Virus record (IMG/VR): IMGVR_UViG_3300045988_161144
Location: 1 to 57,783 of that record
Direction: 5' to 3' (one strand)
DNA length: 57,783 bases
Source of the DNA: a virus
This document shows positions 41,169 to 50,855 of the stretch, piece after piece (within the stretch, counting starts at the first letter, position 1; every line of letters starts with the position of its first letter). The translations under genes were made by a program, and so were the position numbers. Under the pieces are notes generated by a model. The model searched no databases. It had not been told where the DNA came from and saw only the letters and a list, made by a program, of their open reading frames with translations.

Positions 41169-41420
41169 ATGGGAAAAAATTCATTAATGGACCATATAAT
41201 AATGTCTGAACTGATGAAAACAGAAATGGCTATGGCGTCATTTTCAAAAGAACACATAATCGAAACATTAGAACATATTATTGAAACAATCAAAAAAATT
41301 GATGAAGAAGATAGTCTCGCACTTGCAAGTGCAGGTCAATCAATGAGCAGTACTGGAAATATGATAGCAATAGCTGGTGTTAAAAAATACAGGAACAAAA
41401 TAATCAGAGAAAGGAGTTAA
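41169..41420 (+). CDS. Small protein (83 aa), tandem paralog of 41425..41676
   Basis: Shared pattern IIETLE..I..I..D......A..G..M...G...A.KK. Confidence 0.4.
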   Translation: MGKNSLMDHIIMSELMKTEMAMASFSKEHIIETLEHIIETIKKIDEEDSLALASAGQSMSSTGNMIAIAGVKKYRNKIIRERS

Positions 41421-41424
41421 AATA

Positions 41425-41676
41425 ATGAATACTAATAATATTGAAAATAATATAGATGAATTCATATCTATGAATAATTTATTAAATTTAATGATGGCAG
41501 AACAGAACTTTAATAAAAAAGACATAATTGAAACATTAGAAAATATGGCACAAACCATAAATGACATAGAAGATAATGATTATGCTACATTAGGCATTGC
41601 AGGAACAGCAATGATTGATATTGGTCAATTATTAGCAACAGTAGCAATAAAAAAAATTAGTGGGGACAAACAATGA
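41425..41676 (+). CDS. Small protein (83 aa), tandem paralog of 41169..41420
   Basis: As above. Confidence 0.4.
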   Translation: MNTNNIENNIDEFISMNNLLNLMMAEQNFNKKDIIETLENMAQTINDIEDNDYATLGIAGTAMIDIGQLLATVAIKKISGDKQ

Positions 41677-41993
41677 GTGAAAGAGCATTATTAAATACAC
41701 TAAATTCAGCAATAGTTGAAGCACATACAGAATACATTAATGCAAAAAAAGAATATTTAACTGCAAAAAATAATCTTGCAGAAGCAGAGGCACAAATAAG
41801 TTTAACAGATAAAGAAACATGGAAAGACATAGGCATCACAAACCAAGCAGGAAGAGATGCATACATTAGACAACAAACAAAACAACTACATGATAAACTT
41901 AATCAGGCAAGACTTGCATTAGATTACTGTGAAGTGCAAGCACAGTATCAGGAAAATAAACTAAAAATATATCTTGTAACAACAGAGGAATAA
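41673..41993 (+). CDS. Coiled-coil protein (106 aa)
   Basis: ORF, overlapping stop/start. Confidence 0.4.
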   Translation: MSERALLNTLNSAIVEAHTEYINAKKEYLTAKNNLAEAEAQISLTDKETWKDIGITNQAGRDAYIRQQTKQLHDKLNQARLALDYCEVQAQYQENKLKIYLVTTEE

Positions 41994-41994
41994 A

Positions 41995-42300
41995 ATGACA
42001 AAATATGTTGGAACAGCATTCAGTATGCAAATGATTCAGGGTGGAGTAGGTTTGCTTGAATATTGCCAAATATCTGAAGAAACATTCAGAAAACTCGTTC
42101 AAGGAGCAGTATCCTTTGTAGGACACAAGGACATGGCAGAACACCTTGGAGTACCAGTGAATCGTGGAAACCTTATACTTGAAGATGGAGATGTACTATA
42201 TCTTGCCCAGAAATGTAATGGGAGAAATGGTTCAAATGCTCCACCTGAAGATGTGGAAATCAAATATTATCAAATATTTAATGTAGGTGATAAATTATGA
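41995..42300 (+). CDS. Hypothetical protein (101 aa)
   Basis: ORF in operon. Confidence 0.4.
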   Translation: MTKYVGTAFSMQMIQGGVGLLEYCQISEETFRKLVQGAVSFVGHKDMAEHLGVPVNRGNLILEDGDVLYLAQKCNGRNGSNAPPEDVEIKYYQIFNVGDKL

Positions 42301-42953
42301 GTAGGAAACAAAAAGTAACTGAACCTATGATAATACAAAATGAACATGGTAATGTTTTAGCAGAGTATTCTCCAGAATTATTATCCACAATAAAGAATAC
42401 TGTGGCTAAAGGAGCAACTAATGAAGAATTATATATGTTTCTTCAAATAGCATCAATGTATGACCTCAATCCTTTCTTGAAAGAGATATGGTTTACAAAA
42501 ATGAAAGATGAGGTTGCAATCATGACCAGTCGTGATGGTTATGCTAAAATTGCTAAAAGAGATCCCGAATTCAAGAAATGCCAATCCATGGCTGTGTTTG
42601 AAAATGATGTTTTCAAAACCAAACTTGAAATGGGTGAAGTGGTTGGTATAACTCATGAATTTGGTCAGAATGACCGAGGCAAACTTGTAGGTGCATATGC
42701 AATATTAATAACCTACAGTGGTGGAAAATTATATTCCTATGTTGATTATAGAGAATATGATAAGAGAAATTACATCTGGAAGAACTATCCTACGGCAATG
42801 TTGAGGAAAGTAGCTGAAAATGATGTATATAAAAGATTTGCAAATATCAATGGTATCTCAACCATAGAAGATATGCCTTCTGGATACGCTGATTATGCAA
42901 TTGAAAATGAAATTATTGAGACAAACAAAATAAATGGAGATGGATTAGAATGA
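42297..42953 (+). CDS. Putative RecT/Redbeta-like single-strand annealing protein (218 aa)
   Basis: Central ELYMFLQIASMYDLNPFLKEIWF resembles RecT-family core (....GLdP......y.i); C-terminal TAMLRKVAENDVYKRF resembles RecT tail; unverified. Confidence 0.4.
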   Translation: MSRKQKVTEPMIIQNEHGNVLAEYSPELLSTIKNTVAKGATNEELYMFLQIASMYDLNPFLKEIWFTKMKDEVAIMTSRDGYAKIAKRDPEFKKCQSMAVFENDVFKTKLEMGEVVGITHEFGQNDRGKLVGAYAILITYSGGKLYSYVDYREYDKRNYIWKNYPTAMLRKVAENDVYKRFANINGISTIEDMPSGYADYAIENEIIETNKINGDGLE

Positions 42954-43507
42954 ATTATTCTGAAGATTTTGAAATAAGTGATGTGACTAATGAAAGAGAT
43001 GCAGGTAGTGTATTTGATGAATTCGGTATTGAACCAGAGTTTGTTGAAGAACAGACTGGAGGTATTGAAATACCATTCGATTTCAATGTAACTGAATTGA
43101 AAGATGCATATGATGGGGAATATCTTCAAGGTAAACCATATTTGTCTGATGTTATTGAATATGATTATGAAGACAAAGACACAGGTGAGAAAAAGAAAAA
43201 CACTTACTGTGAATTAGTTCTGATTGATTCTGATGAAAAAGAAGCATATAAAATTAGAATTAATCTAAAATCAGATAAGAATGTACAGGAAAATGTACAT
43301 AAATCATCTAAACTCTATGCATTAGTTGTAGGATTAATTAACTTAAAAAATAAAGGTGTATTTAAAAATTATAATCATCTTAAAAAAGTTAATTTAGACA
43401 ATATTAGAAATATTGTGAGCGGGATTGATGATTTAACTGTTAAAGTTAAAGAAGTTCAATCAAACAATTTCTCATATAATACATTTGTAATCGTTGATGA
43501 TGAATAA
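42950..43507 (+). CDS. Acidic hypothetical protein (185 aa)
   Basis: ORF coupled to neighbours. Confidence 0.4.
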   Translation: MNYSEDFEISDVTNERDAGSVFDEFGIEPEFVEEQTGGIEIPFDFNVTELKDAYDGEYLQGKPYLSDVIEYDYEDKDTGEKKKNTYCELVLIDSDEKEAYKIRINLKSDKNVQENVHKSSKLYALVVGLINLKNKGVFKNYNHLKKVNLDNIRNIVSGIDDLTVKVKEVQSNNFSYNTFVIVDDE

Positions 43508-45222
43508 TGAATTTGAAAGAGGGTGTACCTCTTGATAATGGAACATATGTTAAGGTGAGTCCTGAAGGCTCACAATTTCATTATGTTTTCTTTGAAGGGG
43601 GTAAGATGATTTATGAAACAAGGAATCCTGCTCCTTTAAGATTATCTCCACAGTCCTTAACTGGTAGGAAGATAAGATCATGTTTTCCAGAAAATATACA
43701 AAAAAATACAGATAAATCTTATCAGCGATTTGATGAGGTTAAACAAGTTCTGCATGAATACATTAAACTTCTTGAATTAGAGGAGCATAAACAATCAGTT
43801 CAACAGAAACTGGAGGAAGAAGCAAAAGAGAAATTAGAATGGGAAGATGCATTAAAGAAATATGAAAGTATTGATGACCCATTAATTTGGCTTAGGAGTA
43901 TGATTGATTGGGTGAGTGCAGGTGAATCAAATAATATTATGATTGCATTTCTTACATATTGTAGTCAGATTATACTTGAACACCCAATATCTCTAATTAT
44001 GTTAGGGGAAGGTAGTTCAGGTAAAAACCATATTATTGAAATTGCTAAAATGTTATGTCCAGAGGAATATTTTATCAACATGAACCACCCTACACTTGCT
44101 TCCATATTCCGTAAGGCTGATGAAGACCCATATTATTTCCACCGTAAAATTGTAAGCATGGGTGATTTGGGTGGTGATAATGATCATGAAGAGGTTGCTG
44201 ATGCAAAAAATATTTTCAAAGAACTTCAAACTGAAGGAGAATTGAGTCGTCCTGTTTCAAGAAAAGTTGATGGTGATTGGGTTGTTGTAGACTTGTATTT
44301 GAAAGGTAAACCATGCCTTAACTATTCAACAGTACCTAATCATAACTTTGATAGTCAAGAGAAGAGTCGTGCAATGTTATTGACTCCACGAACAGATAAT
44401 CAGAAATCTTTCTTTAAAATGATGACTATGATTGAATTTAAGGGAGGATATAATTATAATATGTATCATGAAATCTTCAATTATTTATCCGAATTTATGC
44501 CTTTGGTTGTCAGGGGTTTAGTGGATAAATTTAAGAATACTAATGTCATTAATCCCTATGTCACTTGTATTCAGGATTTTGTTAAAGGTTCAGATTATTT
44601 TAAAAGAGATTTTCCAAAATACAATGCGATAATGCAAGTCATTGCTATATTAAATTATTCTAATAAAAAAATACACACTATTGATGGGAAACAATCAATA
44701 TTTGTGAATATGGGGGATTTATTAATTTTCCTTGAATTGTTTAATTTGTATAATGATGCTATGCAGTCTAATTTGTCTTTGAGAGCCACCCAAATATATC
44801 AGGATTTACTGGATAATTTTGATGTGTATGCACTAAATAGTCCCGATAAGGATAATTATAATGAATTTGGTATTACTATTAATGATTATATGCTTCAATC
44901 TGAACAGAATCTTTCTAAAAGGAGTCTCCAAACATACTTTAAAGAATTACGAGATAAGAATATTATTAGAGTTGTTGGGGCTTTTTGGAAATCACCAATC
45001 TACCAATTGAATAAAAATCATAAAAAGAAAGTTTATGATTTGATGGACTGTCTTGATGATCATATGCAGAACATACTTGCTGATGTATATGGTTATGGTG
45101 TATTAGATGATATTTTAATTGAAAGTAATGTTGAGGATATTGATATATTTTCACAACACTCCCTAATTAATCCACCACCATGGCAGGATAATAAATGTGT
45201 CGGTGATGTTAATAGTAAATGA
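43507..45222 (+). CDS. P-loop ATPase (571 aa), putative replication initiator / SF3-like helicase
   Basis: Walker A LIMLGEGSSGKNHI, Walker B-like KIVSMGDLG, possible motif C STVPN. Confidence 0.4.
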   Translation: MNLKEGVPLDNGTYVKVSPEGSQFHYVFFEGGKMIYETRNPAPLRLSPQSLTGRKIRSCFPENIQKNTDKSYQRFDEVKQVLHEYIKLLELEEHKQSVQQKLEEEAKEKLEWEDALKKYESIDDPLIWLRSMIDWVSAGESNNIMIAFLTYCSQIILEHPISLIMLGEGSSGKNHIIEIAKMLCPEEYFINMNHPTLASIFRKADEDPYYFHRKIVSMGDLGGDNDHEEVADAKNIFKELQTEGELSRPVSRKVDGDWVVVDLYLKGKPCLNYSTVPNHNFDSQEKSRAMLLTPRTDNQKSFFKMMTMIEFKGGYNYNMYHEIFNYLSEFMPLVVRGLVDKFKNTNVINPYVTCIQDFVKGSDYFKRDFPKYNAIMQVIAILNYSNKKIHTIDGKQSIFVNMGDLLIFLELFNLYNDAMQSNLSLRATQIYQDLLDNFDVYALNSPDKDNYNEFGITINDYMLQSEQNLSKRSLQTYFKELRDKNIIRVVGAFWKSPIYQLNKNHKKKVYDLMDCLDDHMQNILADVYGYGVLDDILIESNVEDIDIFSQHSLINPPPWQDNKCVGDVNSK

Positions 45223-45533
45223 ATATTTTGATGTATATGATAGACTATAAAAACCTCAAAAAAAACATGAAGCAGAAAAGGATTGACAATCTAAAAACCA
45301 ACTACTCAATCCAACGAACATGCTTCTACAATGAAGGCAATGGGCATGAACTATGCCCACACAAAACTAATTGTTTACTAAACGAGGAAGTATCAACAAT
45401 CCTCAACGAAATAGATACTCTCAAAAAAGAATCATATAATTTAAACGAGTTATCTAAAAGAAAAAATTATTATAAAATAAAAAAATTAGAAGAAAAATTG
45501 AGACAAACAAAAACAATAGCTGGAGGATATTAA
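45219..45533 (+). CDS. Small Cys/His-containing protein (104 aa)
   Basis: ORF; CFYNEGNGHELCPHKTNC cluster. Confidence 0.35.
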   Translation: MNILMYMIDYKNLKKNMKQKRIDNLKTNYSIQRTCFYNEGNGHELCPHKTNCLLNEEVSTILNEIDTLKKESYNLNELSKRKNYYKIKKLEEKLRQTKTIAGGY

Positions 45534-45535
45534 AT

Positions 45536-45709
45536 ATGAAATTCAATCTTGTAGAAGGAGAATCTCATAATTCAAAATACCATAGATTTGTAGAATATTA
45601 TAATTCTAACAAATCATGGAGAGAAATAACAAAAGAATTCACAAAACAAATGTCACAGAAATTATACACTGAAGCAATCGAGAAAAAAGATATTGAGGCA
45701 AGATTGTGA
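45536..45709 (+). CDS. Small protein (57 aa), not in ORF track
   Basis: ATG with RBS GGAGGA 8 nt upstream; stop overlaps GTG start of next gene (GTGA). Confidence 0.3.
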   Translation: MKFNLVEGESHNSKYHRFVEYYNSNKSWREITKEFTKQMSQKLYTEAIEKKDIEARL

Positions 45710-46437
45710 TTGTAACAAATATTAAAACATTTAAAAGTGTGTTTCGCGGATTATCAAAGATTTGTGATGAAGTCAAATTCAGATTAGATTCTGATGAATT
45801 ATACTGTTCATTCCTCAATCGTAGCCATACAATTTTCTGTAGAGCATTTATTAAATGTGTTAATATATGTGATGATGAAAAAAACACAACATTCGTCATA
45901 GACTTGTATGAGTTTGAAAAGGTGTTAAAGAACATCAAAAATTCAGGTGAATTATCAATTAAATTATCTGATTCATATATTGATATACTATATAAAAACA
46001 ATAATTCAAAAAAGAATTATCGTTTAGGATTATTAAATAGTGATGGGGCAGAATCCAGAGAACCTCCAACACTAAATTACGATATGTTAAATATACCATT
46101 AGAATTCATTAAGGAATCCTTGAATGATATTAAACTTGTTTCAACAGAATCATGTGTATTTACAATAGATGAAAAATGGTTCTTAATATCAATAAAAGAA
46201 CCAACAATGATGTTAATGGATTACAACAACAGTATAGAATTAGATAATCTGCATGAAAACCAAAAAGCAACATATACTATAAATTTACTTGAATTATTCC
46301 TTGAATTTAAAGATATATCATCTGAACTAATGATTGGATTCAAAACAGACTATCCATTAAAATTGGTTATTTCAAATAATGATGCATTAATTGAAGGGGT
46401 AGTAGCACCAAGGCTTGAAGAAGATGAAGATGAGTGA
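45706..46437 (+). CDS. PCNA-like sliding clamp (243 aa) with acidic C-terminal tail
   Basis: Length, N-terminal pattern (F..vf..Lskic.EvkF.ld.deL.......sh..f) and EEDEDE tail resemble archaeal PCNA; unverified. Confidence 0.4.
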   Translation: MIVTNIKTFKSVFRGLSKICDEVKFRLDSDELYCSFLNRSHTIFCRAFIKCVNICDDEKNTTFVIDLYEFEKVLKNIKNSGELSIKLSDSYIDILYKNNNSKKNYRLGLLNSDGAESREPPTLNYDMLNIPLEFIKESLNDIKLVSTESCVFTIDEKWFLISIKEPTMMLMDYNNSIELDNLHENQKATYTINLLELFLEFKDISSELMIGFKTDYPLKLVISNNDALIEGVVAPRLEEDEDE

Positions 46438-46946
46438 TAAACATGAAAGTATTATTAATCACAGGTGAAAGCGGAGTGGGTAAAACCACATTCGCAAAAC
46501 ACCTAAAAGAGAATTATAATTATAATATAGTTCACAGTTACACAACAAGACCAAAAAGAGATGAACAAGATAATGACCACATATTCATATCAAAAGATAA
46601 GGCTTATGAAATGATGAATAATGAGGAAATTGTAGCACATACACAAATAAATAAAGAACATTACTTCACAACAGTCTTTGATTTTAAATTAGATCGTCCT
46701 AATGCATATATTGTTGATGCAAAAGGGGTTAAAGATGTTAAAAAAAATTGTCCAGAATGGGACATTACAGTATTAAAAGTAATAACTAATGAAAATCATG
46801 TTTCAAAAGATAGGTTAAAAAGAGACATAGCAATTCCTGAAGATCATGAATGTGATTTGATATTAGAAAGAAAAGTTATCCACAAATATTATCTCACAAA
46901 AAAGAATGTCCGAATCCCTAAACCAAATTGGGTTGATGTATTATGA
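46434..46946 (+). CDS. Guanylate-kinase-like nucleoside monophosphate kinase (170 aa)
   Basis: P-loop GESGVGKTT and guanylate-kinase signature SYTTRPKRDEQDNDHIF. Confidence 0.6.
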   Translation: MINMKVLLITGESGVGKTTFAKHLKENYNYNIVHSYTTRPKRDEQDNDHIFISKDKAYEMMNNEEIVAHTQINKEHYFTTVFDFKLDRPNAYIVDAKGVKDVKKNCPEWDITVLKVITNENHVSKDRLKRDIAIPEDHECDLILERKVIHKYYLTKKNVRIPKPNWVDVL

Positions 46947-47605
46947 ATAGTGAACATATAAAAGATGCATATTTAAAATTAGTTGAACATGTATTGATAA
47001 ATGGTGACATTATCGATGATGAAAGAGGCAGTACAACAATTGAATGCACAAACCTTCAAATGCATATTAAAAACCCTAATGGAGGAATATTATACAATCC
47101 ATTAGCAAAAGAAAATATACCAAAAGGTTGTGTGTGGAATGAAGAAAGAATCAGAAAATATAGTGAACAATTAATGAATCCAAAAAACAAGGGATTCATA
47201 TACACATATGGTGAAAGACTACGAAATAATCAGGGTATAGATCAAATAACTAAATTAATTTCAAGATTAAATAATTGTAAGAATACTCGTAGAGCCACAG
47301 CAGTTACATGGAAACCAGAAATTGATTTTGAAGAAGAAGATGTCCCATGCCTAATATTGTTAGATTTCAAAATTCGTGGTGGGAAATTACATGTAACAGG
47401 TGTTTGGAGGAGTCATGACATCTTTGGTGCATATTTCGCAAATGTTCATGGAATATGGAATCTTATGAGATATGTAGCTATGGAAACACAAACAAAAGTG
47501 GGAAGTTTAACAACACATAGTATATCTGCACACATATACGAGCATGATTTAGAAGCTGCTAAAAAATTAATAGAATTAAATAAAAAAGGAATAAGGTGGT
47601 TTTAA
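46943..47605 (+). CDS. Thymidylate synthase (ThyA)-like enzyme (220 aa)
   Basis: Y.KLVEHVLINGD...ERGSTT (N-terminal TS motif), NTRRATAVTWKPEID, VPCLILLDF (Cys nucleophile), WRSHDIFGAYFANVHG, ISAHIYEHD. Confidence 0.6.
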   Translation: MNSEHIKDAYLKLVEHVLINGDIIDDERGSTTIECTNLQMHIKNPNGGILYNPLAKENIPKGCVWNEERIRKYSEQLMNPKNKGFIYTYGERLRNNQGIDQITKLISRLNNCKNTRRATAVTWKPEIDFEEEDVPCLILLDFKIRGGKLHVTGVWRSHDIFGAYFANVHGIWNLMRYVAMETQTKVGSLTTHSISAHIYEHDLEAAKKLIELNKKGIRWF

Positions 47606-47780
47606 ATTTATGAATACTACTGATTACATTACTATTTGTCTTTTATTAGTTTTTATAATTATTCTTTTTTGTGCAGGATATTATACTTTGAGTTTAAAAA
47701 TACAAGTGGCAAATACATTGGGATTACATGGAATAGATTACTGGTGGTTCTTATTACATTAAAAAAAGGAGGTATTTAAT

Positions 47781-48074
47781 ATGAATGATTATGAATCAGT
47801 TAAAAAATCATTAATAAAAAGATACAATATTAGAGAAGCAGAATTTTCAGATTCAGACAATATTAATGGGTACATATACCATATCGGATTAAAAAAAATA
47901 GTATTCCCTCACACATTAATAAAACTATGTGGGAATGATAAATGGGTTGAATTTGTGAATTTAATAACAAAATATGATACAATGGAAAATTCGGAGAATT
48001 ATGTATTATATATCCAGGATTTGTTATTTGTATTTGATGATTTAGATGCATTAAATGAAAAATTGGGGTTGTAG
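47781..48074 (+). CDS. Hypothetical protein (97 aa)
   Basis: ORF with RBS AGGAGG upstream. Confidence 0.4.
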   Translation: MNDYESVKKSLIKRYNIREAEFSDSDNINGYIYHIGLKKIVFPHTLIKLCGNDKWVEFVNLITKYDTMENSENYVLYIQDLLFVFDDLDALNEKLGL

Positions 48075-48252
48075 AATGAACAGATTTAATGAAGAGATTT
48101 GGTCTATTCAAAACACAATATCATATTATACAAATATTTTACATAAACGTGAGGATTCATTGACTGAAGAGCAAAGACAATTAATAGTTGAAAAGATTAA
48201 GGATTTGCAGACTGAAGTGAATAATAGATTAAACATATCAAAGGATTTATGA
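48055..48252 (+). CDS. Hypothetical small protein (65 aa)
   Basis: ORF, overlapping neighbour. Confidence 0.3.
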   Translation: MKNWGCRMNRFNEEIWSIQNTISYYTNILHKREDSLTEEQRQLIVEKIKDLQTEVNNRLNISKDL

Positions 48253-48258
48253 TGCTCA

Positions 48259-48501
48259 ATGGAATGTGTAAATATGACCAAATGCACTTGTGGGTTGTTA
48301 GATCCTAAACAGATAAGATATGAGAGGTTTTTCATTGCATGTAATGACTTGCTGAAAGTAGTTAATGTTTTAAATGAAAATTGTGATGAAGTGGAGTATT
48401 TGGAAATATTATATGATAATATTCAAACATGGATTGCTGAAAGTCGAGAAGTATTATCCCAGTATGATTTAGAAGAGGAGGATATTGAAAATGAAAGTTA
48501 G
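48259..48501 (+). CDS. Hypothetical acidic protein (80 aa)
   Basis: ORF. Confidence 0.35.
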   Translation: MECVNMTKCTCGLLDPKQIRYERFFIACNDLLKVVNVLNENCDEVEYLEILYDNIQTWIAESREVLSQYDLEEEDIENES

Positions 48502-48661
48502 AGAGTTAATGGAATATTTAAACAAATTTCCTGGGGATGCGACAGTAATGTGTTTTGAACCAGGAAATGGTGAGTATATGATTAACACAGTCAAACCTGC
48601 TGCATCACTTGCGATGATGGATTGTGCTACAACTGGTTTAATTATAAGGAGAGTGTTTTAG
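48491..48661 (+). CDS. Small protein (56 aa) MKVRELMEYLNKF..., paralog of 49451..49621; not in ORF track
   Basis: ATG with GAGGAGG upstream; shared N-terminus MKV(R/K)E(L/I).E.L.K. Confidence 0.3.
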   Translation: MKVRELMEYLNKFPGDATVMCFEPGNGEYMINTVKPAASLAMMDCATTGLIIRRVF

Positions 48662-48662
48662 A

Positions 48663-49454
48663 ATGTATTTTTATAGAATAGAAGTATATTATCCATTCGG
48701 TGAAACAAACTATATAATAATGAGCCATAATGATTGTTTTGATAATCATCAACTGAATATTATTGTTCAGGAAGCATTTGATGAATGTATAGAAAAATAT
48801 TGTGATAAACAATTATTGGATAAAGGTGAGGAAGCTTGTAGAATAGAGGTTGAAACCATTTTTGAGAAACATCTTCCATCACAATTAAAAAATCATGGAT
48901 TTAAGAATATTAAAATCAATGAAACCTGTTCCATCATAGGTGGAGAGTTATTTGTTGGTAATATAGTAATTAATTCTGTATTAAAGGATAGATATAAAGA
49001 TATGCTGATTCCTCCTTGTAAAAAATGTATGAGAGAAACATATATTGGATATGATGGTAAATGTGTTGTACCGAATACACGAAAAGACACCAGCCTACCT
49101 ACTACACATGTTGTAAAAACAATACCTATTAATTTAAACGAAGAAAAAACGGAAAAGGATAACGAAGATGATTTCTATATCGATATAATCAAATTTTATT
49201 TCAATAATTCAAAAAAATCATTTGAAGATAAAAAAATAGCAACAGATGCTACCACTATTATTTTTGATAATAATAATTTAGATGATTTTTGGACAGAATA
49301 TGGAACATCAGAAAAAGAAGTGCATGAAGGGGACATTTTATGTGTTTTTGATATGGAATCTGACGAAAAAAAGGCTAAAGACCTACTCATAAATTATGGT
49401 TTTATTCTTCAAAAAGGCGAAAATGGTTTCTGGATAACTGGAGTGAAAGAATGA
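48663..49454 (+). CDS. Hypothetical Cys-containing protein (263 aa)
   Basis: ORF; CKKCMRETYIGYDGKCVV. Confidence 0.4.
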   Translation: MYFYRIEVYYPFGETNYIIMSHNDCFDNHQLNIIVQEAFDECIEKYCDKQLLDKGEEACRIEVETIFEKHLPSQLKNHGFKNIKINETCSIIGGELFVGNIVINSVLKDRYKDMLIPPCKKCMRETYIGYDGKCVVPNTRKDTSLPTTHVVKTIPINLNEEKTEKDNEDDFYIDIIKFYFNNSKKSFEDKKIATDATTIIFDNNNLDDFWTEYGTSEKEVHEGDILCVFDMESDEKKAKDLLINYGFILQKGENGFWITGVKE

Positions 49455-49621
49455 AAGTTAAAGAAATAATTGAAATATTACAAAAACACAACCCTAACCG
49501 AGAAATAATATTCTTAAATGATAACAGTATATATACAATCGATCCAGATAACTCAGCTACAATATTTTCACAAAAATACTTAAATAATATAGTTATCATG
49601 CATCTTAAAAGATTACAATAA
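49451..49621 (+). CDS. Small protein (56 aa) MKVKEIIEILQKH..., paralog of 48491..48661; not in ORF track
   Basis: ATG overlapping upstream stop; paralogy. Confidence 0.3.
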   Translation: MKVKEIIEILQKHNPNREIIFLNDNSIYTIDPDNSATIFSQKYLNNIVIMHLKRLQ

Positions 49622-49641
49622 AAAAATGAGGGGATTATAAA

Positions 49642-50049
49642 ATGAATTTTCGCATAATTGAAGGTGACACTACTGATTGGGAATTATACGAATCATTTAA
49701 AGATTTGTACTTCAATCATCTTGAATTAACACTACATGACATACAAGATAGATTAAATTTGACATCTTCACAGTTAAACAAATTTAGAAGACATACAATA
49801 CAGGAAACTGGTAAACAAAGAACACGAACCAATGGGACGAGTATACAGGATACTGATAAGATTACTACTGGTTTGTTTTGGGAGAAGTATCCTGAATTTA
49901 AAAGATTATACTTTAATAATGATTATAATAGTTTGAAAATCCGTAAATTGTTAGGATTATCAAGATATGCTTATGACCAGTTGCAACGGAAGGTTACAAA
50001 GGAAACTGGTTATATTAAAAGGAATCAGTGGGGAATGGGTAAAAAATGA
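49642..50049 (+). CDS. Protein with two copies of a ~45-aa module ending ETGY(I/K)..N (135 aa); probable DNA-binding repeat protein
   Basis: Internal repeats FKDLYFNHL...QETGKQRTRTNG and FKRLYFNND...KETGYIKRNQWG. Confidence 0.4.
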   Translation: MNFRIIEGDTTDWELYESFKDLYFNHLELTLHDIQDRLNLTSSQLNKFRRHTIQETGKQRTRTNGTSIQDTDKITTGLFWEKYPEFKRLYFNNDYNSLKIRKLLGLSRYAYDQLQRKVTKETGYIKRNQWGMGKK

Positions 50050-50270
50050 TTATTGAAACAAGTAGTACTGAACGAAACAAGGAGTATGATTGTTTCAAAA
50101 AATTATATTTGAAAAGGTTGGATGTGTCTACTAAAGAGATTGAAGAAAGGTTGGATATGGGTAATGGTAAATATACAACTATGGTAAAGCAGGTTAAAGA
50201 GGAAACAGGTTATATCCGAAGTAATTGGAATGGAGTAAGATTAATTGTGCATCTTAAAAAAGAATTATAA
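50046..50270 (+). CDS. Single-module paralog (74 aa) of the 49642..50049 repeat protein
   Basis: FKKLYLKRLDVSTKEIEERL...EETGYIRSNWNG. Confidence 0.4.
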   Translation: MIIETSSTERNKEYDCFKKLYLKRLDVSTKEIEERLDMGNGKYTTMVKQVKEETGYIRSNWNGVRLIVHLKKEL

Positions 50271-50285
50271 TGGAAAAATAGGAAG

Positions 50286-50855
50286 TTGGATAAAATGAAA
50301 GCTAAAAGATTAATTAAAATATTACGATCAGTGAGTCCTAATGCAGATGTAATGTGCTGTATTTCAACAGATGACCTTGAAGAATTAACAAATATGGCTC
50401 CCGCACCTTTTAAGACTCACGAAAACTATGAAATATTTGGTGTTTTAATAGGGAAGGAGGATAAAGATTATTGTAAAGTATTACTAAAAAAGAATCCTTA
50501 TCAATACAACCCAAAAGGAGTGGGGAATAAATCATCTATTGTTGATGAGGGATATAATATGGATTTTATTAATGAAATGAAATATATCGAACAAGAAAAG
50601 TCCATTCCAATAACTTGCCAGCAATTAGAAGAAGAACATGAAAAAAATAAAAAACTTGAAGAAAACTATTACAAGATTTCAGCAGACTTAATGCAAAAAT
50701 TACGTGCAATTAATAGAACACTAAATGATTTACATGAAGAAATAGATAAAAAGTACACTACATTAGAGAACAGTAATGAAGAATTAGCTATTGCTTGTGC
50801 AGATGCACAATTACAGTTAATTAAAGAAATAATTGATAAAGTGGAGAAAATATGA
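50286..50855 (+). CDS. Coiled-coil protein (189 aa)
   Basis: ORF. Confidence 0.4.
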   Translation: MDKMKAKRLIKILRSVSPNADVMCCISTDDLEELTNMAPAPFKTHENYEIFGVLIGKEDKDYCKVLLKKNPYQYNPKGVGNKSSIVDEGYNMDFINEMKYIEQEKSIPITCQQLEEEHEKNKKLEENYYKISADLMQKLRAINRTLNDLHEEIDKKYTTLENSNEELAIACADAQLQLIKEIIDKVEKI

